From Thiomicrospira cyclica (GTDB taxonomy: Bacteria; Pseudomonadota; Gammaproteobacteria; Thiomicrospirales; Thiomicrospiraceae), in NCBI GenBank assembly GCA_022736205.1, contig DZAT01000002.1, positions 19,308 to 83,307 of the forward strand: a stretch of 64,000 nucleotides of DNA, written 5' to 3'. The notes under the pieces were generated by a model. It was not told the DNA's origin. It did no database searches and was given only the letters and a program-made list of their open reading frames with translations. A program made the position numbers and the translations under genes. This document shows, piece after piece, positions 1 through 8,736 of this stretch (position 1 is the stretch's first letter; the number at the start of each line of letters is the position of its first letter).

Positions 1-334
1 AAAGAATATGCTCGCGCCGAGCCACTGTTAATAACAGCGGAAACAATAGATAAATCGCATGCCGCTCAACCATATGTTGACCCCAAGCCATATCTTCCGT
101 CCACAACAAGGACAAAGGATAAATCAAGGCAAAAGCAAGCATCGGAAAGAAAATGGGATGCGCCTTCATTTGCGCCCATTTACGTGCAAAATCGGCTTCG
201 ACTAACCACAACACCAAAATCACTAACAAGATAAGATTAGGTGCGGCCGACGAAATCGGCAAAAAAAACACGAACGCAACCAACAACCACGACTGCCACA
301 ATCCGAGCTTTTCTTGCCAATTAACGAGATTCAT
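1..334 (-). CDS. O-antigen ligase (WaaL/Wzy_C-like) membrane protein, 5' part only (gene continues left of window)
   Basis: Not in the ORF track because the stop lies outside the window. The reverse complement from ATG 334-332 reads MNLVNWQEKLGLWQSWLLVAFVFFLPISSAAPNLILLVILVLWLVEADFARKW... and stays open to position 1. The hydrophobic multi-TM pattern is typical of O-antigen ligase N-termini. Lies near hldD (LPS core). Confidence 0.45.
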   Translation of the reverse strand, partial: MNLVNWQEKLGLWQSWLLVAFVFFLPISSAAPNLILLVILVLWLVEADFARKWAQMKAHPIFFPMLAFALIYPLSLLWTEDMAWGQHMVERHAIYLLFPLLLTVARREHIL

Positions 335-602
335 AATTTCTTGCCCTAAATACTGCTAACACAATAATCACCGTCTCATCGACCCGAATCACAATGGTAT
401 AGCCTCGAAAAATCATATCTCGATAGCGATTATCTTCAAAATAAATGCTTTTTCTGAAGCGAAACGGATTATTAATAGCCGATTCAATTTGCGATAGCAT
501 CTGCATTATAAAGTGATCCGCTCGCACTGTGAAATCAAGCGCAATAAAATCTCGTATGGCACGAAGATCGTTCAACGACTCATCCGAAAAAACGAGTTCC
601 AA
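321..602 (-). CDS. ParE/RelE-fold type II toxin
   Basis: 93 aa. The size and the C-terminal pattern RYRDMIFRGYTIVIRVDETVIIVLAVFRARN fit ParE/RelE toxins. A 4-nt gap separates it from the 68-aa partner gene upstream. The 3' end overlaps the start of the ligase gene by 14 nt. Confidence 0.7.
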   Translation of the reverse strand: MELVFSDESLNDLRAIRDFIALDFTVRADHFIMQMLSQIESAINNPFRFRKSIYFEDNRYRDMIFRGYTIVIRVDETVIIVLAVFRARNYESR

Positions 603-606
603 AAAA

Positions 607-813
607 TCAACCTAACAATAAAGATTTGACGCTAGCAAGTGAGTGCACCTTGCCTTGAGCAACATCCGACTCAGCTTTCTCTAGCTTATCCAGAATTTCC
701 TGACGATCGCATTCAGGGTAGCCAATCTGAACTTCATTACTGGGCAGCAATTTCAAAAAGTTAAGCACCGTCTGAGATACCGATTCATTCATCATTAATT
801 GTACACAAACCAT
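607..813 (-). CDS. Type II antitoxin (ParD/RelB/Phd-like, family tentative)
   Basis: 68 aa, directly upstream of the toxin. A strong SD (AAGGAGG, 5-nt spacer) precedes ATG 813 and overlaps the end of hldD. The small acidic C-terminal half is EKAESDVAQGKVHSL. Confidence 0.55.
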   Translation of the reverse strand: MVCVQLMMNESVSQTVLNFLKLLPSNEVQIGYPECDRQEILDKLEKAESDVAQGKVHSLASVKSLLLG

Positions 814-823
814 ACCTACCTCC

Positions 824-1771
824 TTACAATCCCTGCTCAGTCAACCATTGCAAATAGGCGCGAGTACCTGTCGCCACATCTGCAAATGGCTTGTCATAAC
901 CTGCTGTACGCAGACGTGCGATATTCGCTTGTGTAAAACTCTGGTAACGACCTTTGAGATGTTCGGGAAAATCAACGTAGGTAATCTCGCCTTTACCATG
1001 ATAAGCAATAACGGCTTCGGCGATATCGCGGAAAGGCTGTGCACGACCCGTACCCAAGTTAAAAATACCACTCACGCCCGATTGCCACGCCCACAAGTTA
1101 ACCGCAGCGACATCACCAACATAAACAAAATCACGCGACTGACCGCCCGCTTCATAGCCATCGTAAGTACCGAATAATTTCGGGTTTTCGCCCTTAAGAA
1201 TTTGCTGATGCAAATGAAAGGCAACACTCGCCATACTGCCTTTATGCTGTTCGCGTTCGCCATACACATTGAAATAGCGGAAACCGACAATCGGTGCAGT
1301 CGCATTGGGTAAAAGCTTGCGCACATGTTGGTCGAATAAAAACTTAGAATAGCCATATACATTAAGCGGCTTCTCATTCTCTAGCCCTTCACTAAAAACA
1401 GGACCATCACCATACACCGATGCCGACGAGGCATACATAAACGGGACTTTAGCATCCTGACACGCGGCTAACAATTCTTGCGAGTAAGCATAGTTATTAT
1501 CCATCATATACTTACCATTCCACTCGGTGGTTGCCGAACAAGCACCCTGATGAAATACCGCTTGTACGCCATGCAAAAAGCTCGCATCGGCTAGGCGTGC
1601 ACGAAAGTCATCCTTATCCATATAGTCACTGATTTGTAGATCGGCTAAATTGCGAAACTTAGTGCCATCGGTCAAATCATCCACCACTAAAATATCAGTG
1701 ACACCCTGAGCATTCAGAGCCTTGACGATATTACTGCCAATAAAACCCGCACCGCCTGTTACGATAATCAT
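824..1771 (-). CDS. hldD: ADP-L-glycero-D-manno-heptose 6-epimerase
   Basis: 315 aa. N-terminal Rossmann motif [14 protein letters not shown] and the SDR catalytic YGYSK. Length and overall pattern match HldD/RfaD. Confidence 0.9.
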   Translation of the reverse strand: MIIVTGGAGFIGSNIVKALNAQGVTDILVVDDLTDGTKFRNLADLQISDYMDKDDFRARLADASFLHGVQAVFHQGACSATTEWNGKYMMDNNYAYSQELLAACQDAKVPFMYASSASVYGDGPVFSEGLENEKPLNVYGYSKFLFDQHVRKLLPNATAPIVGFRYFNVYGEREQHKGSMASVAFHLHQQILKGENPKLFGTYDGYEAGGQSRDFVYVGDVAAVNLWAWQSGVSGIFNLGTGRAQPFRDIAEAVIAYHGKGEITYVDFPEHLKGRYQSFTQANIARLRTAGYDKPFADVATGTRAYLQWLTEQGL

Positions 1772-1792
1772 TTTTTATTCCTTAACACGATA

Positions 1793-1897
1793 TTATTCAT
1801 AGTGACCACCAATCGCAATGATATCAATACGATCATCATCGAAGGTGTATATTAATTTGTCTTTTGCATTAAATGCAGTCACAGCATCCCTAACCCT
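1793..1897 (-). pseudogene. C-terminal remnant of a RelE/YoeB/ParE-superfamily toxin gene (no start codon, no partner)
   Basis: An open frame without an initiator reads RVRDAVTAFNAKDKLIYTFDDDRIDIIAIGGHYE followed by a stop. The ...LIYTFDDDRIDIIAIG.H.. pattern mirrors toxin C-termini (compare the ParE-like gene at 321-602). It is bounded upstream by an in-frame TGA and overlaps the ccoI stop. Confidence 0.3.
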
Positions 1898-4349
1898 TCA
1901 AAAACCGCCCACGAATACGCGCGGCATTACCAATCACTAATAATGATGAAATGGGCATGCCAATTGCCGCCATCAATGGCGTTAATTTCGCTGAAACTGC
2001 CAGAGGAACCATAATCGCGTTATACAACAAGCTCATGCCAATATTCTGTCGAATGGTACGCAGGGCAACGCGCGACAAATCAATACTGGTTAACACCGAC
2101 TGCAAACGATCGTTTAACAGCACCACCTGCGCGCTATCGACCGACACCTCTGTACCCGACCCCAATGCGATACCCACGTCGGCCCGAACCAAGGCTGGCG
2201 CATCGTTCACACCATCGCCCACAAAAACAACCACGCGACTTTCGCCTTGCAAGGCTCGTACGGCTGCTTCTTTATCCGCTGGTAGAACCTCGGCTTGCAC
2301 ATCCATACCGCCCAACTGCAACGCAAAGGCATCGGCAACACCTCGTCGATCACCTGTTACCATGCTCACAGCAATGCCACGTGCTTTGAGTGCCGTCACA
2401 ACAGCGAGTGCATCATCACGCAACACATCGCCAACAGCAACCGTGGCAACCAAATCACCCGCGCGAGTCAAACAAACAATGGTGCGTCCCTGTTGCTCTT
2501 GCGTCTCAATCCAGCTCAAAACACCCTGAGAAAAAGAAATCGACTGCTCGCGCATCCAACCAACACTACCAGCCTGCCAGATGACACCCTCTAACTGAGC
2601 CTGAACCCCTCGCCCCGACAGTGCTGTAAACCCTTGCGATTCGATAGGCTTTGCACTGTGTTTTTCGGCAAAAATACGCAAGGCACCTGCCAAAGCGTGC
2701 TCAGAACGCTGCTCCAAAGTCGCCATCGCCTCCCAAACTTGGGGTAAAGCTTCGTCAGCATGCCATACTTGCCAATCGGTAACCGACATTTTACCCGTGG
2801 TGAGCGTCCCCGTTTTATCGAACACCAGATGTGTTGCCTGCGATAAGCGTTCTAACACCGCACCATGTTTAATTAATATGCCCATACGCGCTCCGACACC
2901 CGATGCCACCGCAATCGCCATCGGCGTTGCCAAACCAAAGGCGCAGGGGCAGGTCACAATCAACACGGCAGTTGCAGCCATAATAGCCGTGTCTAAACCA
3001 CTCTGCCACCACCAGAAAATCAATGCAAACACAGCCAACGACAGCGTTGTTGCCACAAACCAAGGAATGACAGCGTCGCTAGTACGCTGGATCGGTGCTT
3101 TACTTCCCTGCGCCTCTTCGACAAGCGCAATAATCCGACCAAGCATCGAGTCGGCCAACAACTGCTGTACCTCAACCAATAACGCCCCTTCTTGGTTATG
3201 CGTACCTGCAGAAACCTTATCGCCCACGCGCTTATGCACCGAACGTGACTCGCCTGTTAGCATCGCCTCGTTAATATGACTTTCGCCTTCGACCACAACA
3301 CCATCAACAGGAATACGATCGGCTGGATGCACCCATACCAAATCGCCTGCTTTTAATAAGCGCACGGCTTCCAGCTTTTCGCTGCCATCATCCATCCGTT
3401 TACGCGCCACCTTCGGCTGAAGCGCCAACAAACGATGGGTAGCATCGACGGCCTTACTTTTAGAAATCGACTCCAAATAGCGACCCAGCAGCAAAAAGAA
3501 CATAAAATCGACCAAGGTATCGAAGTAGACCGCGCCACCCGAATCTGGTACAAGAGTCACATACAGCGAATAACAGTATGTGGTTAAAATACCCAAAGCG
3601 ATGGACACATCCATACCCAATCGCCGACCACGTAATGCCTGCCAAGCACCGACAAAGAAGGGCTGACCCGAATACAACAAGGTCGGCGTGGCTAACGCCA
3701 ATGCAACCCAATGAAAAAACTGCTTGTACTCGACATCATCCGACGCACCAAAGTACAAAGAAATAGACACCCACATAATATTCATCATGGCAAAAGCGGC
3801 AAATGCAAAGCGATACAACAAACCACGGTTGTAGTCTTCTAGCGCTTTCTGACTGAGCTGCGGATCGTAAGGCGTACTCGCATAGCCCAGCTCAGCCAGA
3901 ATATGCAAAATACGTGACAAGGCAATCACGCGATTATCCCAACGCAACTTAATGCGGCGCGTTGTGAAGTTGACGCTTGCCAACTGAACGCCAACTTCTT
4001 TAGCGAGTCGGTGTTCGATAAGCCACACACAAGCAGCACAATGAATGCCATCCGCCATTAGGGTGATTTCTCTCACATCTCCCATATTCGCAATAAACTG
4101 ACGCTGAATCTCATCATGATCAAACATCGCCAAATCATTAGGAACCGCTTGCGGGGGCTGCCAAGTCTCATCTTTATTGGCTCGCAGATAAAAGGCATCT
4201 AGCCCTGCATCATAAATGGCTTCGCACGCGCCCGCACAACCATGACAACAAAAATCACGTTGTTCACCACCAACATGACGCTGCACCAACCCCTCTGGCG
4301 CAATTGTCTGCCCACAGTGATAACAATTTTCTGCTGTCATTTTGCTCAT
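1890..4349 (-). CDS. ccoI: Copper-translocating P1B-type ATPase for cbb3 oxidase maturation (CcoI/FixI)
   Basis: 819 aa. Cys-rich N-terminus (CYHCG, CCHGCAG), TM6 CPC (TCPCAFG), DKTGTLT phosphorylation site and GDGVNDAP hinge. Lies downstream of ccoG-ccoH. Confidence 0.85.
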   Translation of the reverse strand: MSKMTAENCYHCGQTIAPEGLVQRHVGGEQRDFCCHGCAGACEAIYDAGLDAFYLRANKDETWQPPQAVPNDLAMFDHDEIQRQFIANMGDVREITLMADGIHCAACVWLIEHRLAKEVGVQLASVNFTTRRIKLRWDNRVIALSRILHILAELGYASTPYDPQLSQKALEDYNRGLLYRFAFAAFAMMNIMWVSISLYFGASDDVEYKQFFHWVALALATPTLLYSGQPFFVGAWQALRGRRLGMDVSIALGILTTYCYSLYVTLVPDSGGAVYFDTLVDFMFFLLLGRYLESISKSKAVDATHRLLALQPKVARKRMDDGSEKLEAVRLLKAGDLVWVHPADRIPVDGVVVEGESHINEAMLTGESRSVHKRVGDKVSAGTHNQEGALLVEVQQLLADSMLGRIIALVEEAQGSKAPIQRTSDAVIPWFVATTLSLAVFALIFWWWQSGLDTAIMAATAVLIVTCPCAFGLATPMAIAVASGVGARMGILIKHGAVLERLSQATHLVFDKTGTLTTGKMSVTDWQVWHADEALPQVWEAMATLEQRSEHALAGALRIFAEKHSAKPIESQGFTALSGRGVQAQLEGVIWQAGSVGWMREQSISFSQGVLSWIETQEQQGRTIVCLTRAGDLVATVAVGDVLRDDALAVVTALKARGIAVSMVTGDRRGVADAFALQLGGMDVQAEVLPADKEAAVRALQGESRVVVFVGDGVNDAPALVRADVGIALGSGTEVSVDSAQVVLLNDRLQSVLTSIDLSRVALRTIRQNIGMSLLYNAIMVPLAVSAKLTPLMAAIGMPISSLLVIGNAARIRGRFLKG

Positions 4350-4358
4350 CCTTGATGC

Positions 4359-4892
4359 TTACTTAACCACATCGCCCACAAATAAGTCACCTGCAATACT
4401 GCTCTTGTCTGTACCGATATGCGCCTCGGCAATCCAATCCCAGTTACCATGTTTAGGCACCGTTAATTGCGCTGTATACACACCAACGTGATCAGTCGGT
4501 GAAAATTTTAAAACAAAATCATCCTTAACATCTGCAGGACGATAGGCATACAATTCTATACCTTCGACAGCCAATGCGGCACCCTCTTTATCTTTTGCCT
4601 GCAGTGTAAGGGTTACGGGCGTGTTCACTTTCACCTCTGGCCAAGCAATCGAAAGTTGCCAACCTAACAATGCTTGTGCCTTGCGTGACGCTAAGATTTT
4701 TTCGTAATTTGCGCCATGCTTGTAAGGATTATCGTTCACAAAGCCAGGAGCGGTGACAATCGCCATACTGACCATAAAAAAGTTTACCGCCAAGACCGTA
4801 ACCAAAATCAAAATCCAAAAAATCACAAACGGGTTACGCCAAGGCTTACTCCAGTTTTTAACAACTTTGGGCGGCTGTTGAATATCAGACAT
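4359..4892 (-). CDS. ccoH: cbb3 oxidase assembly protein CcoH/FixH
   Basis: 177 aa with a single N-terminal TM ([20 protein letters not shown]) followed by a periplasmic domain. Its position between ccoG and ccoI fits CcoH/FixH. Confidence 0.7.
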   Translation of the reverse strand: MSDIQQPPKVVKNWSKPWRNPFVIFWILILVTVLAVNFFMVSMAIVTAPGFVNDNPYKHGANYEKILASRKAQALLGWQLSIAWPEVKVNTPVTLTLQAKDKEGAALAVEGIELYAYRPADVKDDFVLKFSPTDHVGVYTAQLTVPKHGNWDWIAEAHIGTDKSSIAGDLFVGDVVK

Positions 4893-4913
4893 TTTCTACT
4901 CCAGAACTACTGC

Positions 4914-4919
4914 ATTATA
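4914..4919 (-). promoter_or_regulatory. Candidate -10 box (TATAAT on minus strand) for ccoH-ccoI
   Basis: The + strand reads ATTATA, so the minus strand reads a perfect TATAAT. It lies 21 nt upstream of the ccoH ATG, immediately after the terminator hairpin. A GGAG SD follows. Confidence 0.3.
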
Positions 4920-4928
4920 ACCATAAAG

Positions 4929-4955
4929 AAAAGCCCAGTAGATTACTGGGCTTTT
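4929..4955 (-). terminator. Rho-independent terminator-like hairpin between ccoG and ccoH
   Basis: AAAAGCCCAGTA-GAT-TACTGGGCTTTT forms a perfect 12-bp stem. On the minus strand it is followed by TTTTCTTTATGG. Confidence 0.55.
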
Positions 4956-4992
4956 ACTTTCCCTAGTCAGGGATTATAGACGAAATTGACTT

Positions 4993-6462
4993 CTATTTAG
5001 GACCAATAAACATACTGTCGTAAGTTTGCGCCAATTCAGGATGCAACACATCTTGAGCATGAATTTGCACAGGCGTATTATCGCCCTTCAAATTGGCACG
5101 AGGGGCTTTAATAAGCATGGTTGTAGAGCCAACACTACCAGGCTCAACCAATAGCAGATCAGTATCTCCTTCAACGCGCATATTGGCAATACCGTCGGCA
5201 GACAATTTAACTTGCATCACTTTATTGGTTTTGTTCACAACCTTAATGGTCAATTTGTTCTGAATCGAACCATCCGACAACATCACAAATAAAGGTGCAC
5301 GTTCGTGCAACACGTTCAACTTCATCGGCGCAATCGTCGCCAAACCATATACCAATATTGCGCCCGCAAACGCCATAATACCGCCATAAACCAGCACACG
5401 AGGACGTTTAAACAAGGGAGGCTGCGTCTTGCCCTCAAACTCTTCTAACGAGGCATAACGAATCAATCCTAATGGCTTGTCGAGCTTCTCCATCACCGAA
5501 TCACAGGCATCAATACACAAACCGCACGTAATACAACCCAATTGTTGACCGCTTCGAATGTCGATGCCTGTCGGACAGACAGCCACACACAAGTTACAAT
5601 CGATACAATCACCCAATTTAGGCGCTTCTTCACCAGGACGAACGCGCTTCATACGACCACGTGGCTCGCCACGGTCGATGTCGTAGGTAGGAACCATGGT
5701 TTGCTTATCGAGCATCGCACCCTGAATACGTGCATATGGACAAACGCCCACACAGGTCTGCTCACGCAAAATCGCAGCAAAAAAGTAAGTTGCAAACCCG
5801 AGTACAAGAATCACCGTAACCGCTGTACTCGAAGCCGTGCCCGCAAAGATATCTTGCCACAACTGCAAAGAATCAGTGAAGAAGGCAACGAAACTAAAGC
5901 CTGTTAACATGCCGATACTTAAAAAGATCGAATGCGTTAACCCTTTTAGTTTAATTTTTTCCCACGTCCACGGTGCCTTATCTAACGCTGCTTGCTTGTT
6001 GGGGTTACCAATAATCTTCTCTTCGATCCATGTAAAGGTATCCATCCACACGGTCTGGAAGCAAAAATAACCACACCATAAACGCCCTGCAACGGCCGAG
6101 GCTGCAGCTAGCGCCATTGCAAAAAACAGTAGGATTAATGCCAACATCCAGATGTCTTGCGGCAAAATGGTCAGACCCAAAATATGAAACTGACGATTAG
6201 GAATGTCCCATAAAATTGCCTGATGTCCGTCCCATTGTAAATATGGACCTAAAAACAATAACAGCCAAATTGGTGCAATGATCGTTTTAATATTACGGAA
6301 AAAACCACCAATACGCTTAGCATGCACGGTTTCGCCACCAACACGAATTTGCAGCAACTCAACACCAATATTATCCAGTGTATTCGACACACCATGCTCT
6401 ACGTTTTGAATTCGTGATGGATCGTAATCCACCTTTTTAGTCATATTATTTTCTTCTGACAT
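4993..6462 (-). CDS. ccoG: cbb3 oxidase accessory protein CcoG/FixG (membrane 4Fe-4S ferredoxin)
   Basis: 489 aa with a multi-TM N-terminal half and two ferredoxin-type Cys clusters (CIDCNLCVAVCP, CITCGLCIDACD). Confidence 0.85.
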   Translation of the reverse strand: MSEENNMTKKVDYDPSRIQNVEHGVSNTLDNIGVELLQIRVGGETVHAKRIGGFFRNIKTIIAPIWLLLFLGPYLQWDGHQAILWDIPNRQFHILGLTILPQDIWMLALILLFFAMALAAASAVAGRLWCGYFCFQTVWMDTFTWIEEKIIGNPNKQAALDKAPWTWEKIKLKGLTHSIFLSIGMLTGFSFVAFFTDSLQLWQDIFAGTASSTAVTVILVLGFATYFFAAILREQTCVGVCPYARIQGAMLDKQTMVPTYDIDRGEPRGRMKRVRPGEEAPKLGDCIDCNLCVAVCPTGIDIRSGQQLGCITCGLCIDACDSVMEKLDKPLGLIRYASLEEFEGKTQPPLFKRPRVLVYGGIMAFAGAILVYGLATIAPMKLNVLHERAPLFVMLSDGSIQNKLTIKVVNKTNKVMQVKLSADGIANMRVEGDTDLLLVEPGSVGSTTMLIKAPRANLKGDNTPVQIHAQDVLHPELAQTYDSMFIGPK

Positions 6463-6548
6463 GATATTACCTATTTTTATACCTTAGCCCGCTTAAAACA
6501 ACAACGGCTCAGGAAAATCCCAAGCCGCATTGCTGACATCTTATTTAA

Positions 6549-6686
6549 TTATTTAACATCATCATGTTCCATGCCTTCCATGCCACGCCAAGTTTTCCAA
6601 CCCCACGCCACAACAGACAAGAAACTCAACCCCACAGCACCTAACGAAATCCACAATACGAAATCGCTATTGAGTCCACCCATCAT
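6549..6686 (-). CDS. Unlisted small single-TM protein (45 aa) between ccoP and ccoG
   Basis: Below the ORF-track size cutoff. A GAGGAG SD lies 8 nt upstream of ATG 6686. It translates to MMGGLNSDFVLWISLGAVGLSFLSVVAWGWKTWRGMEGMEHDDVK, one TM helix plus an acidic tail. Confidence 0.45.
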   Translation of the reverse strand: MMGGLNSDFVLWISLGAVGLSFLSVVAWGWKTWRGMEGMEHDDVK

Positions 6687-6740
6687 AATATACACTCCTC
6701 AGTTGATCTATTAGATTTTCACTTACTATCATACAAGCGA

Positions 6741-6775
6741 AAAAAAAAAGGGGAAGCATTTGCCTCCCCTTTTTC
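6741..6775 (-). terminator. Rho-independent terminator after ccoNOQP
   Basis: GGGGAAGC-ATTT-GCCTCCCC stem (one mismatch) flanked by an A9 run and a T run. On the minus strand the stem is followed by TTTTTTTTT. It lies 32 nt downstream of the ccoP stop. Confidence 0.6.
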
Positions 6776-6806
6776 GTCCTAAAATTGACTCACATCAATA
6801 ATTAGG

Positions 6807-7682
6807 TTATTGACCACCACCTAGGCTGTGAACATAGATCGCAAGGCGTTTAACTTCCTTGTCACCTAAGCGTTCTGCAAATGCTGGCATTAACGCTGGA
6901 CGCGTATTTTTGTCGCCAACCGCATTAACACCATGCTTAATGGTTTTCATCACTTCAGCTTTATCGCCAGAGAAACGCCATACTTTGTCATTGAGCTTAG
7001 CTGCGCCTAATGCTGCCATACCCGAACCATCGGGCATATGACAACCAGCACAACCGATCGTGTTGTAAACATCACGACCTGCAGCAACAGCAGCATCATC
7101 TGCCTTACCATTAGACATTGCAATCACAAAATCTGCAGCATCAGAAACCTGCTGCTCACTCAGCATTGCGCCATAACCAGGCATATTGCCAACGCGACCA
7201 TTTACCAACGTTTGGTAAAGTGCATTCACATCACCACCATACAACCAGTCATCGTCCGCTAAGATCGGATAACCCACGTTACCCATACCACCAGAACCGT
7301 GACAACCTGCACAGTAGTCGCCGAATAACGCCTTAGACGTTGCAACAGCATAGTTAACCAAGTTTTTATCAGCCAAAATCTCTTCAACTGATTTAGAGGT
7401 TAAAGCCTGCTCTTGTACAGCAAACTTTTCACTACGCCAATCCGTTAGTACTTTAAAGTCTTCGTGATACTCTTTGACCTGAGTCCAACCCGCCAAACCC
7501 GCTGTATGCGATGTTGGACCTGGAAGTGCTGGGTAATAAAGCACGTAAAAAATGATCATTACAAAGCCCGCGTAATAAGCAAGCATCCACCATAACGGCG
7601 GCGGATTGTCTAACTCACGGATATCTTCATCCCAAATATGGCCTGTATTGCCTTCATTCGGCCATGGATTGTCATGTGCCAT
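6807..7682 (-). CDS. ccoP: cbb3-type cytochrome c oxidase subunit III (diheme)
   Basis: 291 aa with an N-terminal TM and two heme-c motifs, CAGCHGSGG and CAGCHMPDG. Confidence 0.9.
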   Translation of the reverse strand: MAHDNPWPNEGNTGHIWDEDIRELDNPPPLWWMLAYYAGFVMIIFYVLYYPALPGPTSHTAGLAGWTQVKEYHEDFKVLTDWRSEKFAVQEQALTSKSVEEILADKNLVNYAVATSKALFGDYCAGCHGSGGMGNVGYPILADDDWLYGGDVNALYQTLVNGRVGNMPGYGAMLSEQQVSDAADFVIAMSNGKADDAAVAAGRDVYNTIGCAGCHMPDGSGMAALGAAKLNDKVWRFSGDKAEVMKTIKHGVNAVGDKNTRPALMPAFAERLGDKEVKRLAIYVHSLGGGQ

Positions 7683-7705
7683 AAAAATGTCTCCTCAATT
7701 CCTGA

Positions 7706-7888
7706 TTATTCGTCACGCAAGGGCGTCATGCGCTGGTCTTCTAACATCTTGGCATTTTTAGGACGCAAAGCGTAAAAGAAGGCGACTGCCATTGCGATAA
7801 ACACAGCGACAGTCATCAGCATACCCACCCAGTCTTGGGTTGTCATTGCAGCCCAATCCGTATGGAAATATGCTTCGATCTTATTCAC
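7706..7888 (-). CDS. ccoQ: cbb3-type cytochrome c oxidase subunit CcoQ
   Basis: 60-aa single-TM protein between ccoO and ccoP. It overlaps the ccoO stop by 8 nt. Confidence 0.7.
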   Translation of the reverse strand: MNKIEAYFHTDWAAMTTQDWVGMLMTVAVFIAMAVAFFYALRPKNAKMLEDQRMTPLRDE

Positions 7889-8660
7889 GATAAGCCTTGC
7901 TGTCGTCCAATTTCACCATCGTACCCAATGCTTGCATATAAGCAATCAGTGCATCCATATCGGTATGTTCTTTGATGTGATCGTTTGCTGTTGCAATTTC
8001 ATCATCTGTATAAGGAACACCCATCAACTTCATTGCACTCAAGCGAGCACTCATATCACGCTTGGTACCTAAGAAATCGTTTTCGACTGAATTCTCAGCT
8101 AACCAAGGATATGCAGGCATAACAGACTCAGGAACCAATGACTGAGGACGTAACAAATGCATGGTGTGCCACTCGTTAGAGTACTTACCACCAACACGCG
8201 CTAAATCAGGACCAGTGCGCTTAGAACCCCATTGAAATGGGTGATCATACATAGACTCTGTTGCCAAAGAATAATGACCATAACGCTCACGCTCATCACG
8301 GAAAGGACGAATCATCTGACTATGGCAGTACATACAACCTTCGCGCAAATAAATATCTTTACCCGCTAACTCTAGTGGTGTGAAAGGACGAACCCCATCA
8401 CCTGCTTTCCAATCTGATGCCCAGTTACCTGACTCATCTTTATAGAACAAACGCTTACCTTCACGATTCCAGACTAACTCAGGGAACATTAAGTTACCCG
8501 ATTCGTCAACACGCGTATGCTCTTGGCTGTCGTTTAAATAAAACAAGGGAACGATCTCAACGATACCCGCCACTGAAACCATCAGCGCAGTACCTAGCAT
8601 TAACGCAAACACGTTACGCTCGAGCCATTCCTGGAAATTTTTCGGCTTATCAGCTGCCAT
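7881..8660 (-). CDS. ccoO: cbb3-type cytochrome c oxidase subunit II (monoheme)
   Basis: 259 aa with a TM anchor and the heme-c motif CMYCHSQ. Confidence 0.9.
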   Translation of the reverse strand: MAADKPKNFQEWLERNVFALMLGTALMVSVAGIVEIVPLFYLNDSQEHTRVDESGNLMFPELVWNREGKRLFYKDESGNWASDWKAGDGVRPFTPLELAGKDIYLREGCMYCHSQMIRPFRDERERYGHYSLATESMYDHPFQWGSKRTGPDLARVGGKYSNEWHTMHLLRPQSLVPESVMPAYPWLAENSVENDFLGTKRDMSARLSAMKLMGVPYTDDEIATANDHIKEHTDMDALIAYMQALGTMVKLDDSKAYRE

Positions 8661-8736
8661 TATATCAACTCCTCAGTTGGTTGACGGAAGAGAGACCTGC
8701 ATCGAATGCTGTGTCTTCTTCCCGTGCTTTATTGTA

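Noticed and set aside
153-359. 68-aa plus-strand ORF at the left edge
   Set aside because: It lies antisense to a much more convincing open minus-strand frame with O-antigen-ligase-like TM pattern. The product is low complexity with no SD and no family features.
1951-3766. Multiple plus- and minus-strand ORFs (60-190 aa) inside ccoI
   Set aside because: They are fully embedded in a gene with unambiguous P-type ATPase motifs. Their Ala/Arg/Pro/Thr-rich compositions are typical of antisense or off-frame reading.
6549-6686. The 45-codon ORF considered as ccoS
   Set aside because: It lacks the CcoS signature (W..SGQ[FY]DDL...R.L.DD) and lies upstream of ccoG rather than after ccoI. I keep it only as an unknown small membrane ORF.
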